Shown here in pieces: positions 25,323 through 37,700 of a DNA stretch of 64,000 nucleotides. This DNA is from Lophium mytilinum (lineage: Eukaryota). The notes below the pieces were generated by a model, which was not told the DNA's origin, did no database searches, and was given only the letters and a program-made list of their open reading frames with translations. Within the stretch, counting starts at the first letter, position 1. Each line of letters begins with the position of its first letter. Where the stretch lies: the NCBI GenBank assembly GCA_010093605.1, contig MU004181.1, positions 3,534,001 through 3,598,000 on the forward strand, in the 5' to 3' direction. The position numbers and the translations under genes were made by a program.

Positions 25323-25678
25323 ATTTCCTATTGCGGCCGATGCTGCCCGTTTGCTAGCTGATCGAGCAAGGCCGTTGCCCGTATCGTGCGGGAGCGACGG
25401 CGCAGCCAGAGAGCTGCCCCAGAGCCGATCCGCGTGGACGCTACGCCGGCCGGAATGAGCGTGCTGGTGCGGATGCAAATGCCATTGGTGCCGCCGCGGA
25501 CCACTCCTCCACCTTTGCTTGCAAGTGCCAGGGGTCCTCGAGATTCGAGCTCCCTCGTGACGCAGTTGGGGACTGATACGAGAATGAGACACTCGATAGC
25601 ATCCTTCACGTCCGTCCATCGCGCCACTAGCAAATCGTCCTTTTGGCAGGCCGCGATGGGTGCCGCGAGTCGCGCTCT

Positions 25679-27326
25679 TCAGCGTTTGACGATCGTTACT
25701 GGTTGCGCCTGCCGTTAGCCAAGAGATAGACCGAGATAGCCTGCGTTGGTGTTGCACTTACTGATGTCCTCGTCCGCAAGCTCATGGGCCAGTCCCACGC
25801 GCTGCGGCTGGTGCTTGACCGACTTGCCGTACACTATTGCGTGCTTGAACGTATCGAGGATCGTCTTGTGGATCGAATTACACTGCAGATGTCAGTCAAT
25901 ACTCCTAATTCTTCCCGGACCGAGGGAAACTAACAAAGTCCTCCACCGTGCAAGCCGTAGACCGCAGCACCACTGGAGCAGTGTAGTCGGGCATCTTCCC
26001 CTTGGGCTTCGTATAGATCCGGCGCAGCGTCAGCTTCTCCCACATCTGCTCCATCAATTCGTCGACGTTCCACCCGTGCTCCGAGCTGATCGGGCAGGCA
26101 TTCGGGATGCGGTATAGCAAGTCGAGCTCCTCGATAGAGATTGCGTCGATTTTGTTTAGCGCATAGATCACGGGAATGTAGCTTCTGCTTTTGGCCTCGA
26201 GAACATCGATCAAATCGTCGACCGTCGCATCACAACGAATCGCTATGTCGGCGGACCCAATTCGATACTCGGACATGACCGCTTTGATCTCCTAGAAGAC
26301 ATGTTAGATTGGCCATGGGTCCATGGGAGGGAGACAAGACGAATGGCACCCACGTCATGGCCGATATGTGTCAGCTGTACAGTGCTGGTGATGTTGATAC
26401 CGCCCTTGTCCTTCTTTCTGAAGTGGATGTTGGGAGGCTGCTTGTTGATCCTGATCCCAAAGCCTTCCAGTTCGGCCTCGATGACGCGCTTGTCGGTAAG
26501 TGGTTTGTTGACGTCCAGCACGATGAAGATCAGATTGCACGTCTTTGCGACTGCGATAACCTGTCGACCACGACCTTTGCCGTCCTTTGCACCCTGGATG
26601 ATACCGGGAAGATCGAGCATCTGGATCTTGGCACCATTATATAGGACCTGGCCTGGCACGGTCGTGAGCTATACAATCGTCAGTGGTAGTAACTTGGGGG
26701 TCGTGATGGATGCGGTACAGTTGTGAACTCGTACGCAGCAGCTACAGTCTGTTAGCATGTTTGGGTGAACAGTTTGCGAGCGTGACGCAAACTTACCTTC
26801 CGAGTGTTGACCGGTCAATCTGCTCATCAACGTACTCTTTCCCACAGAGGGGAATCCGATAAACCCACTAGCCTCAGGTCAGCCTGATTCGAAACAGCAA
26901 AGCTCATGCTAGGTAGACATACACGCTGGCAACGCCGGTTCTTGCGACATCGAAGCCAACTGTATAATTCGTGAGACACAGCTCTTGTCCGGACCAGAAG
27001 CCGCAACATACCGCCAGCTCCTCCTCCGCTAGACGTCGGGGTCAGCAGTTCGCGTTTGAGCTTCGCCAGCTTTGCCTTGAGCATTCCTGTTTCTCAACTT
27101 AGATCGTGGCCGACGGAGACTCGGGGAGTATGGCGTACCAAGATGGAAAGAGGTCGCCTTGTTCTTTTGCGTCTTGGCCATCTAAATCGGGGTCAAACGG
27201 GGGTTCCAGCGGGGATTTGGAAGAGCTCACTTCGGCCTCGATATCCTTGATCTGTCGGACGGCATATTAGTGATGGAGTGCAAGCATTGGCTCGAGGCAT
27301 CGTACCTTATCCACGGTGGTCGACAT
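25679..27326 (-). CDS. RBG1: Developmentally regulated GTP-binding protein (DRG1/Rbg1)
   Basis: About 11 exons give [43 protein letters not shown]...[13 protein letters not shown]...[14 protein letters not shown]...[24 protein letters not shown]...NKID...RIYTKPKG...DIITIVKR*, with G1-G4 motifs and a TGS domain. Confidence 0.95.
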
Positions 27327-27822
27327 GTTGAAGGATTGGGGACACTGAGCTCAGCGGCGTGCTGTATGTGTAGTGGTCTCTCGTCCGGTCGAGATTGTAA
27401 GTTTGAAGGCGGTTTCTTGGTGATAGGCCTGGCATTTTTTGAGGCGGAAGTGACGCTGGATGGCGGGGCTCCGGAGAAACAAGGCCCCGGCGAGGCTGAG
27501 ATTTACGACCACGTCGAGGCTATTCACGGAGCCCGCCCGATGCCAACCGTGAGAATGCACATCGGAGGGGAAGCTTGGAATGCTAGGCATGACACAACCA
27601 CCGCGTTTGATGCAGATACCTCCGGGCTTGGTGTCACGTATCCTTAGAACACCATCATTACTGTCGCGGTTCCGGTGCTCGCCATCGCTATTGTCTGACA
27701 TCGAACTCCGCTAGACCAACGTGGCTTGTTCGCGCTTTGTTCCTTTGTATAAAGCCAATACCATACGCTGCATAACTCGCCGCCTATCTTCCCACCAAAC
27801 TCAATTCAAACAACGTGTTCAT

Positions 27823-27843
27823 TCCATCCATCCATCCATCCAT
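27823..27843 (+). repeat. (TCCA)5 microsatellite immediately 5' of the CDO start codon
   Basis: tccatccatccatccatccat followed by cATG. Confidence 0.75.
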
Positions 27844-27844
27844 C

Positions 27845-28646
27845 ATGCCAGCCCTTGCGAGAGACGTTCTGTTCGGCCCAACCTCGAGCCCTGCTAAGCA
27901 ACCCGATAACTTCCATGCCCTCGTGCATAAGCTCAGTAAAGTTCTGGGGCCCAGCTCCGGCATCGACTCTCAAGACGTCGACCCTCAGCAACTCCAGACG
28001 CTGATGGAGGAGTACGTGTCCAATCCATCAGAGTGGGAAGATTACGCTCTGGGCGATTTGTCGAGGCCATACACAAGAAACCTTGTAGATCGAGGGAATG
28101 GGAAGAGCAATCTGGCACGTCTCTAGTGAACGTCTTACGGAAGCTTGCTGACCCACTTAGCTCATCCTAGTTTGGACGCCAGGCAAAGGCAGTCCCATTC
28201 ACGAGTAAGTATAACTGTCAAATAACTACCAAAGTCTCTGCTAACAGTGTCTAAGCCATGCAAACGCCCACTGCATCATGAAGGTCCTAAAAGGGCGTCT
28301 CCAAGAAACTCTTTTCGACTGGCCGGACAAGCTTGCCCTCAACAACGGCCAACCCTCACCCCTAAACGTCAAAAGGGATACCATCTACCGAGAGAACGAA
28401 GTCACATACATGTCAGACACGCTCGGCCTACACAAGGTCCGCAATCCGGATCCAAATGAGATTGCAGTCTCACTACATCGTAGGCATTTGAACTTTGATT
28501 GATGCATACAGCATGCTAACAGTGATTTAGTGTACACACCTCCCAATGCTGCGGTTTACGGATGCCATACTTTCGATCCCAGTACGGGTTCCGCCGTCCA
28601 TGTCAAGCAATGCAATTTCTTTTCTGATCGAGGACAGAGGATCTGA
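27845..28646 (+). CDS. CDO1: Cysteine dioxygenase
   Basis: Exons 27845-28114, 28161-28204, 28256-28479, 28531-28646 give [43 protein letters not shown]...LGLHKV...AVSLHLYTPP, with the cupin His triad and the Cys/Tyr pair of type I CDO. First intron is GC-AG. Confidence 0.95.
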
Positions 28647-30063
28647 GTCTAGTTTCTCCTGCGTCATCCTTTTCCCATCTCAAGCTGTTAGCGTTGCGAG
28701 ACTTCTTCACAAGCGAATCCTTCAAGCAATCCTAGGTTCTACTCAAACGAGATGATTGTGAGGCGTTCGGTCTTGTTTCACTTGGCGCTCTATTCTGGTT
28801 CATTGTCTTTGGCGCATCTAGTCTCATATCCAAGCGTTCAGAATAGATTTGATGGCATCAGCTCCACGTCCCCACTGCGGCGCAGAACCTTCACTTTGCT
28901 TTCATTAAACCCTCTCTCCACATCCAACTTCCAATTTACCAGTTTCTCAATCCTTGCGAAGCCATCGTTGCTGATCCTCGGCAAAGCTCCTAGAGCCCCT
29001 TGCTTTACACTTCTGAAAGCCACCTGTAAACCACCATCAGCCCATCGCTCGGATACCTCGGCCCTCTGATCACATGACCGAATCTTCATGCGTGGCTGCG
29101 GCGAAGCTGTCTCAAGGATCCTTCCGCGGGACCGCTCCCGAGTACCCGCGTCCCCTGTCGTTTCGTTAATCTCTGCAAGGACGCCGCAGCGAGGGATGAA
29201 GACCCTCATCGGAATACGAGGCGAAAGGAATGTTGATGCAGTAACGCCAAGTCTCATGAGCGGCTCCACCACCTCCTAGCGACGTGCGTGGGAAAAAGCA
29301 ATAGTTACAGGTAGATGCTGTGTCCCCAACTCCCGTCCAGAACCCAAGCCACCAAGTCCCTTCCCTGGTGGATGCTTCCAAGAGATTTGCTCTACTCCTT
29401 GCTCGAAGCAGCCTAATAGCTCTGTATTTGTTATGATCCTGTCTTCTTGACTATAGGTTCCTGTCTATGAAATGAGGAGTGACGACACCGGGTCTCCCCA
29501 GCGTCCACGCCACAACTACAGCAATTGATCACTCGGTTTGACATGTGATTCTTTGCAACTTTACTCACTGAGGAGGCCCCACACAACGTGCTGGAAGTGC
29601 CACCCAAGGCCATAGACACTTTGCAGTGATGCGTCGCAAAGAGTGACGGATCTGACCGTATGAATGGATTTAAGCAGATCGCGGCGGGTTCATTCATCAT
29701 CTTGATTAGCACTACTACCTCGAGCAAAAGGTCAATCTGTCAAAGCGTAGAGAACGCACCGGGGAGTGCAGAAGTGATCTACTGCGCGCCGTCATAGCAT
29801 TCAATCTACTGCTTCCTCACTTGCTGCGCTCTGAATGTATGTGCAAGCGCTACGCGCTGATTACTGTAATTTCATACGAAGCGAAGGGTATATGTACGAA
29901 ACAGGGCATGATCCATCTCCATAAAGCATACATCTCACCCGTATCCAATGCAAACCCGTGCCCACGAAAACAAAAAGGGGCCACGCCCATCGATCCATCG
30001 TGTGTATGCTGCGAAGGCTGAAGTCCAAGGTCATTCAAAACGCCCAAGCACGTGAACCAGGGA

Positions 30064-33000
30064 TCAAGGCCCAGCATATCCTATCAATTCCCTGTCGTCA
30101 TCGATGAGTCTTCCGTATCTGCGGTATGTCAGTATGTAGCTCAAACTAGAAAGCTGCGCAGAAAACGTGGGCGGATAGACTCACTCTAGTAACAAGCGGA
30201 AAAACCACGCTTCAAAGTCGCTGTTCCTAAGCACCTTGTTTGCCCACACGCGCCCAGCCATTGCCATCTTCTCTGCCTGCTTTCGGCCGTCTTCCTCTCC
30301 AGACATGTACCGCACAGCCTCTAGGTGCTCGTCTCCCCTGAGCGACAATGGGACGTAGTGCACCCACGGCTTCAGCCACTCCTTATGCCATTCCTGGAAG
30401 ATGGCCATCTTGTACACCAAGCTCTTGCTTTTCAGGAACGCGTAGAATCGGCCACTGAAAGCGTTGCCATCCATGTCGAGAAGATGTCTCCATTTCCAGG
30501 CGTCCTGTCCATCAACACGGTCTACAACCTCGAAAAACTCTTTCTGTGCATCGCAGTCTCCTTCGTCGCACTGGCCTAGATGGGAGAACTTGACGTCGAT
30601 GACATTTTTGAAGTCGTCACGCGGGACTTCTTCGATCTGCCAATCTGGTGGGGTAGCTTGGCCGTGTTTGACAATGATCTTGGCCGTGTCTGGTGCGTTT
30701 AGTCGCTGAACGATGTGCTGCCGGTGCTGTCGCCTCCAGCCTCCATTGCGACTGAAACCACCAGTCGTCGATCCACGCCAATAAAGACTGTCGGTCTTGT
30801 TGTCCCAGGTCGTATCGCGAGTTTCATCATAACCCACTCTTGTATCCCAGTACCAAGGACTAGGGTACAAGATATCTTGGTACGACGATACTTTAGACTG
30901 CGAAAATATCGGGATCAAGTCGTGAACAATATTGTAGGCGTTAGGACGCTCGAAGAAGCCGTAGGTGTGGCTCAGCGAGGGAGAGTTGCAGATGTTTCCA
31001 AAAGCAGAAGCATTGTAGACAAAGCCCAGAGAGGTTGCCGAATACGAAGTCAGATTATCAGCAGTATGATCTTCATAGCTCCTGGAAGGACTCTCTGGAG
31101 AACAAGACATGCGAGAATGTGTCCAGGTCTGCTGGTGTGCAAATCTGTTGAAACGGGTAGTCTTGAAGTCTTCGATACGTTTGCCGTCATTCATATCTTT
31201 TGGCCGGGTGGAGAATTTGTTCCTCGGTGTACGGTTCCCGAAAGCTGCAGGCATCCTCTGATCTTTTGCAGCTTGAACCATTTGGGACAGTTGATCATGC
31301 GGCACTACCACACGAGGTTCGTCGTGAACGTTGAAAGCGAGATCCATATCAGGCAAGAATTCCATGAACTGGCTCATCATGCCGACAGTGGCTTTTTGTT
31401 GCCATTCAGGACCCCCTTCGACTTTGACAGTGACTCCGTCCCGTATCAGAACACCGATCAATGCGTTCTCTTCCATTCCCAAGGCCTCTCTTACCCGAGC
31501 CCTAATAGTCGATGGCTTCAGCGCCCAGAACGGGAGAAGTGTTTCTTGGATGGTATCAAACTCGTCAATCAGCTCAACTCCAGACCTCTGCGCGAACTCA
31601 TACCAACGGTCGAAGTTCGGCGGAGGTGGGATTCCATATCTACGCCGATATTCTGTGACTGCTGCCGCCAGCGACTTTGATTGTCGGTCTTGTAAATCCC
31701 GGAAATCTTGTTCTGCCGACTTGATGAGCTGGTCAATCGGATGACCTAACTTGGTGTCCAGAGGAATTGGCCCAAGCGCTGATTCGGGAGGCAAGTCAAA
31801 AAACGCGCTAGGTGGATCCATAGCATCCCCTGATCTGAACGCAACATTACCGTAAAAGTTTTTCGTGAGCATTACGAGGAAAGACACTGATACAAGCAAG
31901 AAAAGGAGGCGCCGGGCTCGCGTCGTCATCCTACGATCGGTTGACGCGTTCGACGAAGACGATGGATTGAACAAGAACAGGATAGACGCGGCCCCAAAGA
32001 TAATCAGGAACCAAACGCCAGAAAATGATGCTCCCATCTGTAAGCGCGCAATGAGGTAAGAGCCCACAGCGATGAGAGCTGTCGGAAGGGCGCCTTGGTA
32101 ATGAAGCTATGAGGAAGCAACGAGTGTTAGCGAAGTCCGTAAAATGTTGGGGAAACGAGAGCTCCTGTCAATAGCAGCGGAAAAGCGCGAGGAACAGAGA
32201 AAGATGGTGAGTCCCCCGCTCATGTGGCCCAGTCACGAGATAGCACTGCCGCATTGGGTATTATGGAGGCATTGCGGGCCAAATTTGCCTAAGGGAAGAA
32301 GAGGTCGGCATACCGTTACAAAGAGTAGGAAAGACTTAAGCGCATTGACGATGCTCATGACCAGGCATTGTCGTATCATTCGCCCTGGACCTTGGACCCC
32401 CCTCCAGTCTTCGCGACCTCCTTCCATATCCCAGATCTCAGGACTCCATATCAAAACCTCTGTCCTGAAATCTTCCATGCAAAAGGTTGCGATTCCGGTT
32501 GTCACGGCCATGACGATCGCGACATCTCTGAGCGATGTCAAGTAATGGCTCTGCCTTGCACCACTCATAGATTCTCGCCTTGAAAACGAACCATTGGCAG
32601 AGACAAAGCCTCTGCTGCTAGCCTTTTCAGCATCCTTCGTGCTTGTTATCGCGTTTTCAAAGAAGACCAAGCCCGCGGCTGTGAATATAACGGTACTCAA
32701 TCCAAGAGCAGACGTGGGGGCTGTGTTGTAGGGAGTGCGAAGCACAATCGCGGCAGTTACTGTGATTACGAAGATGAGGCGCGAAGACCCGGTTCTAGTG
32801 CTCTTGTCTGCGCTAGAGTGACCGTCGATTGCGTGGTCTGTGAGAGGAATGAAGGCGGGGACAATTCCGGTATTGGTCCATAAGTCGGTCTCGAGAAGAA
32901 AGTAGACGACGGCAGGAAGAAAGGCCTAGGAGTTGAATTAGCTAGCGGAATGCAAAGTATAGAAGTGTCGCCAACCTGCGCCCACCACATTCCTTCTCGG

Positions 33001-33278
33001 TCGCGGGCAGCTCGATCACAGATCTGGGCTAATGCGAGCAGCGCTCCTGCAGCCCAGCACGACTTTCTCCTCTTCACATTGTCTAAGCCTGCGAGGACTC
33101 CTGCTCGAATTATGCTGAAAATCCACACCAGGGCCCATGATATGCTCGTTATAAGGAGGGAGTGTCGTTCTGGAGTGTTGACGGCGGTGGACACGCTTGC
33201 GGCCAGGAAGACACACGGGAGGAACAGGTGCGCGTGCTGAGCAACATTTTGGAGCACTGCTGTCGCGGCCGGGTGCAT
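30064..33278 (-). CDS. Glycosyltransferase family 90 (CAP10/Cxt1-like) protein with multi-TM N-terminus
   Basis: Exons 33278-32976, 32925-32314, 32106-30185, 30118-30064. Motifs EYRRRYGIPPPPNFDRW, PDMDLAFNVHDEPRV, FSQSK...DILYPS, LYWRGSTTGG, DMDGNAFSGRF, LKPWVHYVP, FRLLLEYGRL. Confidence 0.92.
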
Positions 33279-34663
33279 TGGGAGGGAGGGCTATCGGATG
33301 TCGAAGCACATGTCCTGACTGTCCGGTGCATTGGTCGAATCGTGAAAATGGGTCGTCTCGACAGGAGATGGTGAAGTTGGCAGACGCGCTAGAAATCCGG
33401 CGGGACGCCAAGAAGGCTAGATTCCTACCAACGTCCTTCCATCCCGGTCTCATTACCCCACGACATCTGCCACCGTCAGGGGCACCTAAAAGCTTCATGA
33501 CGCCTTCAGAATACTGACACCAATTCGGACGCTCTGAAAACGGGCTGGCGAAGAGGATTGTCGATTCAACGCGGACGAACTCATAAAATGCCATTTGCAA
33601 AGTTTTTCTGAGAATCAAAGCATCCATTAGGAAGCAACTTTGAAATCTCCCAAGTCGAGTTCGCGTAATCATAGTAATATTTCTTTTCTTCTTGATAAAA
33701 AGGTGGAGCGCCTTTAGCAAGGTAGGGTTCATTGGGCTGAGAGGTTGAGATTCTTTCATAAGGCAACAAGATGAGCCTGCTGGAGCTATTCAAAGCCTCG
33801 AACTCTGCTTCTCTGATGCTTCATTACCTAGTCAACTTTACGAAGAGATGTTCGTTAGAGACCAGCAAAAACACATGCAGCAAGTGACAGTCCTCCAACG
33901 ACTTGGAAGTGCATTCGAGCCATGTTTCGTAAGCTTTGAACGGTTATTCGGCACTAAAAAGAGGTGGCGAAGAGCAAGGTGTATTTTCAATGGAGGGAGG
34001 TTCAAGTTTGGGCTTGCAAGGGAGTGTGGTGATGGGGCCTAGTCGTAGAAGGAAGAACGACGAATGGCAACGAGGATGAAGTACTTCTAAAGGTGTAGAT
34101 GACATCAAGGGTCATTGGCTTGATAGAAAGCAATTCCGGAGGAAGTGAACCAACTTATCGAGATTACGAAATATATGGGTTATATGATGTTGTATTACTT
34201 GAGCTAATTGCTTACATGCTAAGAAATCCTCTAATCTATATCTGCTTCGGAGAGCCTGGAGGTATGAAATAGCACCACGTTAGCTAGAGTACCTGGCACC
34301 GCAGTAGGCAAAGTACCTCGCGTCACAGGAGAGGGCCTTCGCAGCAACTAGAGATGAAAGGTTTCATCCTCCCTTGCTGTAACTACGCGTAACAAGAGTA
34401 TTACTGTTCATCATTCGAATATCCTCCGAGGTTGCAGCATGTAAGGGCCGTATTCACGAAAAGCAATGCAGTGGACCATCTCAAACGCCACCCGAGTTTT
34501 CCCAACCCCACATCGCACATCCTGGTACCAGAAAAACTCTGCAGATTCCACCTGTACTACGTAAAGTCATAAAGCTCCAACAGTCACGACGTTCGAGTAT
34601 CGCTTTCACTATGCACTTTAGTCCTGGGATATTTAGGCAACAGTTTTCATCGCCGTCATCTTC

Positions 34664-34762
34664 GCCCGGTTAGCTCAATCGGTAGAGCGTGAGACTCTTA
34701 TCACGGCTCTGTTAGCAGCGGTTGCAATCTCAAGGTTGCGGGTTCGACCCCCGCATCGGGCT
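34664..34762 (+). tRNA. tRNA-Lys(CTT) with 26-nt intron (34701-34726)
   Basis: Acceptor stem GCCCGGT/ATCGGGC, D-arm AGCTCAATCGGTAGAGC, anticodon stem TGAGA/TCTCA with CTT at 34697-34699, T-loop GGTTCGA, and an oligo-T terminator near 34796. Confidence 0.96.
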
Positions 34763-37700
34763 CAATTCCCGGTGGTTTCAAATCATCCTAATTAATTTTT
34801 TTTCCTTAATTTTTGGTTGCTTGGTGGTGGGTGGGCATGATCACTTCGCTATAATGTTTTATGCCGCGAGTGTTTGATCAATTCTTTTTGCTAGGAAGAA
34901 GCTTTGGTGCATGAAGCGTGCACTTGCAAATCATGTTTCACAATATGGGGGAATCAAATATTAAGTGTGGGCAAATTTCGATTTTGCAATTCTGTTCGGT
35001 GGGTATAGAGGCTATTCGGAGTTGAGACATCCTTAGCGCATTCGCGAGCAACTTTCCAAAACCACGACCTTTGCGACCGAAGATCACAATCTGCTCGTGG
35101 ATTTTACGACATCAACTCGTTGCCAGATCCAGTCATCGGTCGTGACGAGGTTGCTTGATGTTCACCGTTCAGTTCTGTATTGCTTTTGGTTCTGCTATCT
35201 TAACATCTTAGAGTCATCCAGCCACCACAGCATGCGCCTGGGGAATAGATACCACCCGCTTCCATCCCGCTTCCTGCAGTCCTTCGCCGCTCCGACCAGG
35301 TGGTGTGTTGTTTTACGCTAAATTGCGAATATTCCTTTCTCACCACGCAGCCAGTCAGGCCACCGCATCGAACTGTCGCTCTCTGAAATTCGTAAATGCG
35401 TCTCCCGTAGCCTGCAACGCCGTCTCAGAATCAGCCTTACCCACCGACCGCGTTTGTCGTTGCTTTTCGACGTTGAAACGGCTTAAACGCGCGTGGGGGA
35501 GGCAGCCTATCCGCCAGATTTTTCCAGAAACGGAGGTTTTTTGGGGGTTCGAGTGGGATGATGACAAGCGCCACCCCATCCTACGTTCACCGATGGCGCC
35601 CATTGAGGGCTTGACTTCCCTTCCCTCCTTCCCATCGCGGATCCTCTGAAGCAGCGTCATGGCCTGTCACCTGCTATCATAGAACCACTGTATCACCTTC
35701 GCGGGCGCAGCTGAGATGAGAAGCTGCGTGTGCCGCCTGACGGGGCCTCTCCCCCAGGGCAGGGGTTGGCCTGGGAGCCTGGCTCAATGCAACTTTGTCA
35801 CCTGGAAGGATTCACATGGGTCTGCCGTTCGTCGTCGCCGGCAACGTCAGATTTAACGTTGCAGCAGCAAGCAAGTCCTAGCGGGCTGCAAGGAGCGTCG
35901 AAAAACGTTGTTCCTGCATGGCGTCTGCTGGTCTGCCCCTTGCGGATGCGGACCCGGGTTCGATAATTCCGTTGGGACTACTCACCCCACAATTGGCAGG
36001 CCTGCGTACCTAAATGGCGCATATTGGAGGCTTGATCCCTCCTCTGATCAACTGCCTCTCGGGTCAGGCCCAGGCAAGGTTACGCAGAGGATTGCATTAG
36101 CGGTGCGTTTGTCGGGTCCGCTGGTCTACTACCAGTAAGCAGTTCACAAGGTCATCGAGAACTCGGGTCTGCAAACCGACGGGTTGGCAATTTGCATGGG
36201 TTCGGGGACCGTTTACGTTGATGTCCGCAGCGAATCCATGTCCCGCTTCCATTCATCTTGGAACCGATGCTTGGACGGATGCAAGAATCCGCAGTGGACT
36301 CGATTTTTGAGATGACGCAGTCTGCCGACGGGTAGCGGTGCAAGGACGGATAGCAGGTCACAGCATGTCCCTCGCCGTGATGCTGGGAGGCGTTTGGGAT
36401 GTGAAGAGGACAGCCATAGGTGGTACAAGGAGCGAAGCCTGGTCCTCGGGCCGAGTGATACCGTAGAATATTTGGGCCTGTGGCTCCAAGATTTCGTAAA
36501 CATATAGGCTTGGCAAGTTGATCTAATGATAGGTAGTAAAATGAGTGATTCGGTGCAGTTCAGGGCCAGCCAAGCGAACAATGATGTAAAAGAAGCAGAG
36601 ACTGTGTCCCGATTCGCTATGTGGAGTTACAATTATCCCAGCACCCTGTTGATAGAGTGGAGCACCCGTGGAGGTTTCTCCCGGCTATTATATTTGACGT
36701 CGTTTGGTGACGGTGCTACATCAAGCAAGAGTCTGGAGGGTGATAATCTTGGCGATCCCATCCAAACCCGACATCCTCACACAACGGCGCCAAAACACAG
36801 ATGCAGATCGCCGAGGTCGGCAGAACCTGTCGGAGCTTGAAAAATGGCCTAGACGAGAGCCGTGGCGGCCGTGGAACGTTTTGACGATGCAGCTGGGCAA
36901 CCTCTTACGGCGCGTCTGGTCAGTCGAGTACTCGACGACAGCTGCAAACGGAACGGTCGAGAGGTCACAAAAGTTGTCGTACGCTGCTCACGGGACCGAT
37001 CAGGCAAGGCGTGGTCCAATTAGGCCGCGTGGAACACGGCTGGGGCTATTTCTGCGAGCCCACGTTACCCCGTCGTCCCGGCAAACCCCCTTTCTGCAGC
37101 CTGCAGGACGAGACTCCACTGCCATTTCTTCTCCACGTGTAAGCCCTGCCTCGCTTCCGCTCCAATGGGTTTCCTGCAGACGCCTGCTAAGGGCGCCATA
37201 CCGGTCTCCCCGCAGCCTTGATTGTGGAGATGGCCCATAGCACAGCCGTATAATAGCACAGCGACCTGGCTCCAGGTCGCACCGCGTGTGCAGAGTGCCA
37301 GCCCGGCCTGCGCTGCGATGTAGGGCCTGAATCGGTGCGGTGCCGAGCGCCCTTCCTCCGTTACCCTTGCTGCGACGCGGACACGGAGCCGGCTGGGGGA
37401 GGTGGCAGACACTGCCAGACGGCTGCGAAACGGCCATTATTGATATCGGTGTGCGGTTGCAACGCGGTATGGACATGGTGAGCAAAGGAGTCCCGTCGGC
37501 GCAGAGGACAGGTCTCACTCCCATTCTGTCCGGCCCCTGTCAGAAATCGCAGCTGAAAGGTGCGAGTCGATCGTGGCATGTCGAAAGGGCCTAAATTGGT
37601 GCCCGCTTTTAGTCGATGCTGCCGCTCTGTGAGAGTCAGCGAGGCTGCCGCACCCTCATCCCTTTTCTTTATGCTTTCACACTGGGCAGTCTGGCAACAA

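Noticed and set aside
21496..25323. Classifying the element as Tc1/mariner because TA flanks both ends
   Set aside because: The transposase remnants and two-ORF layout are Harbinger-type; TA is only one of three possible junction readings.
28700..29800. Short ORFs between CDO1 and the GT90 gene
   Set aside because: Fragmented, with no recognisable motif or consistent splice pattern.
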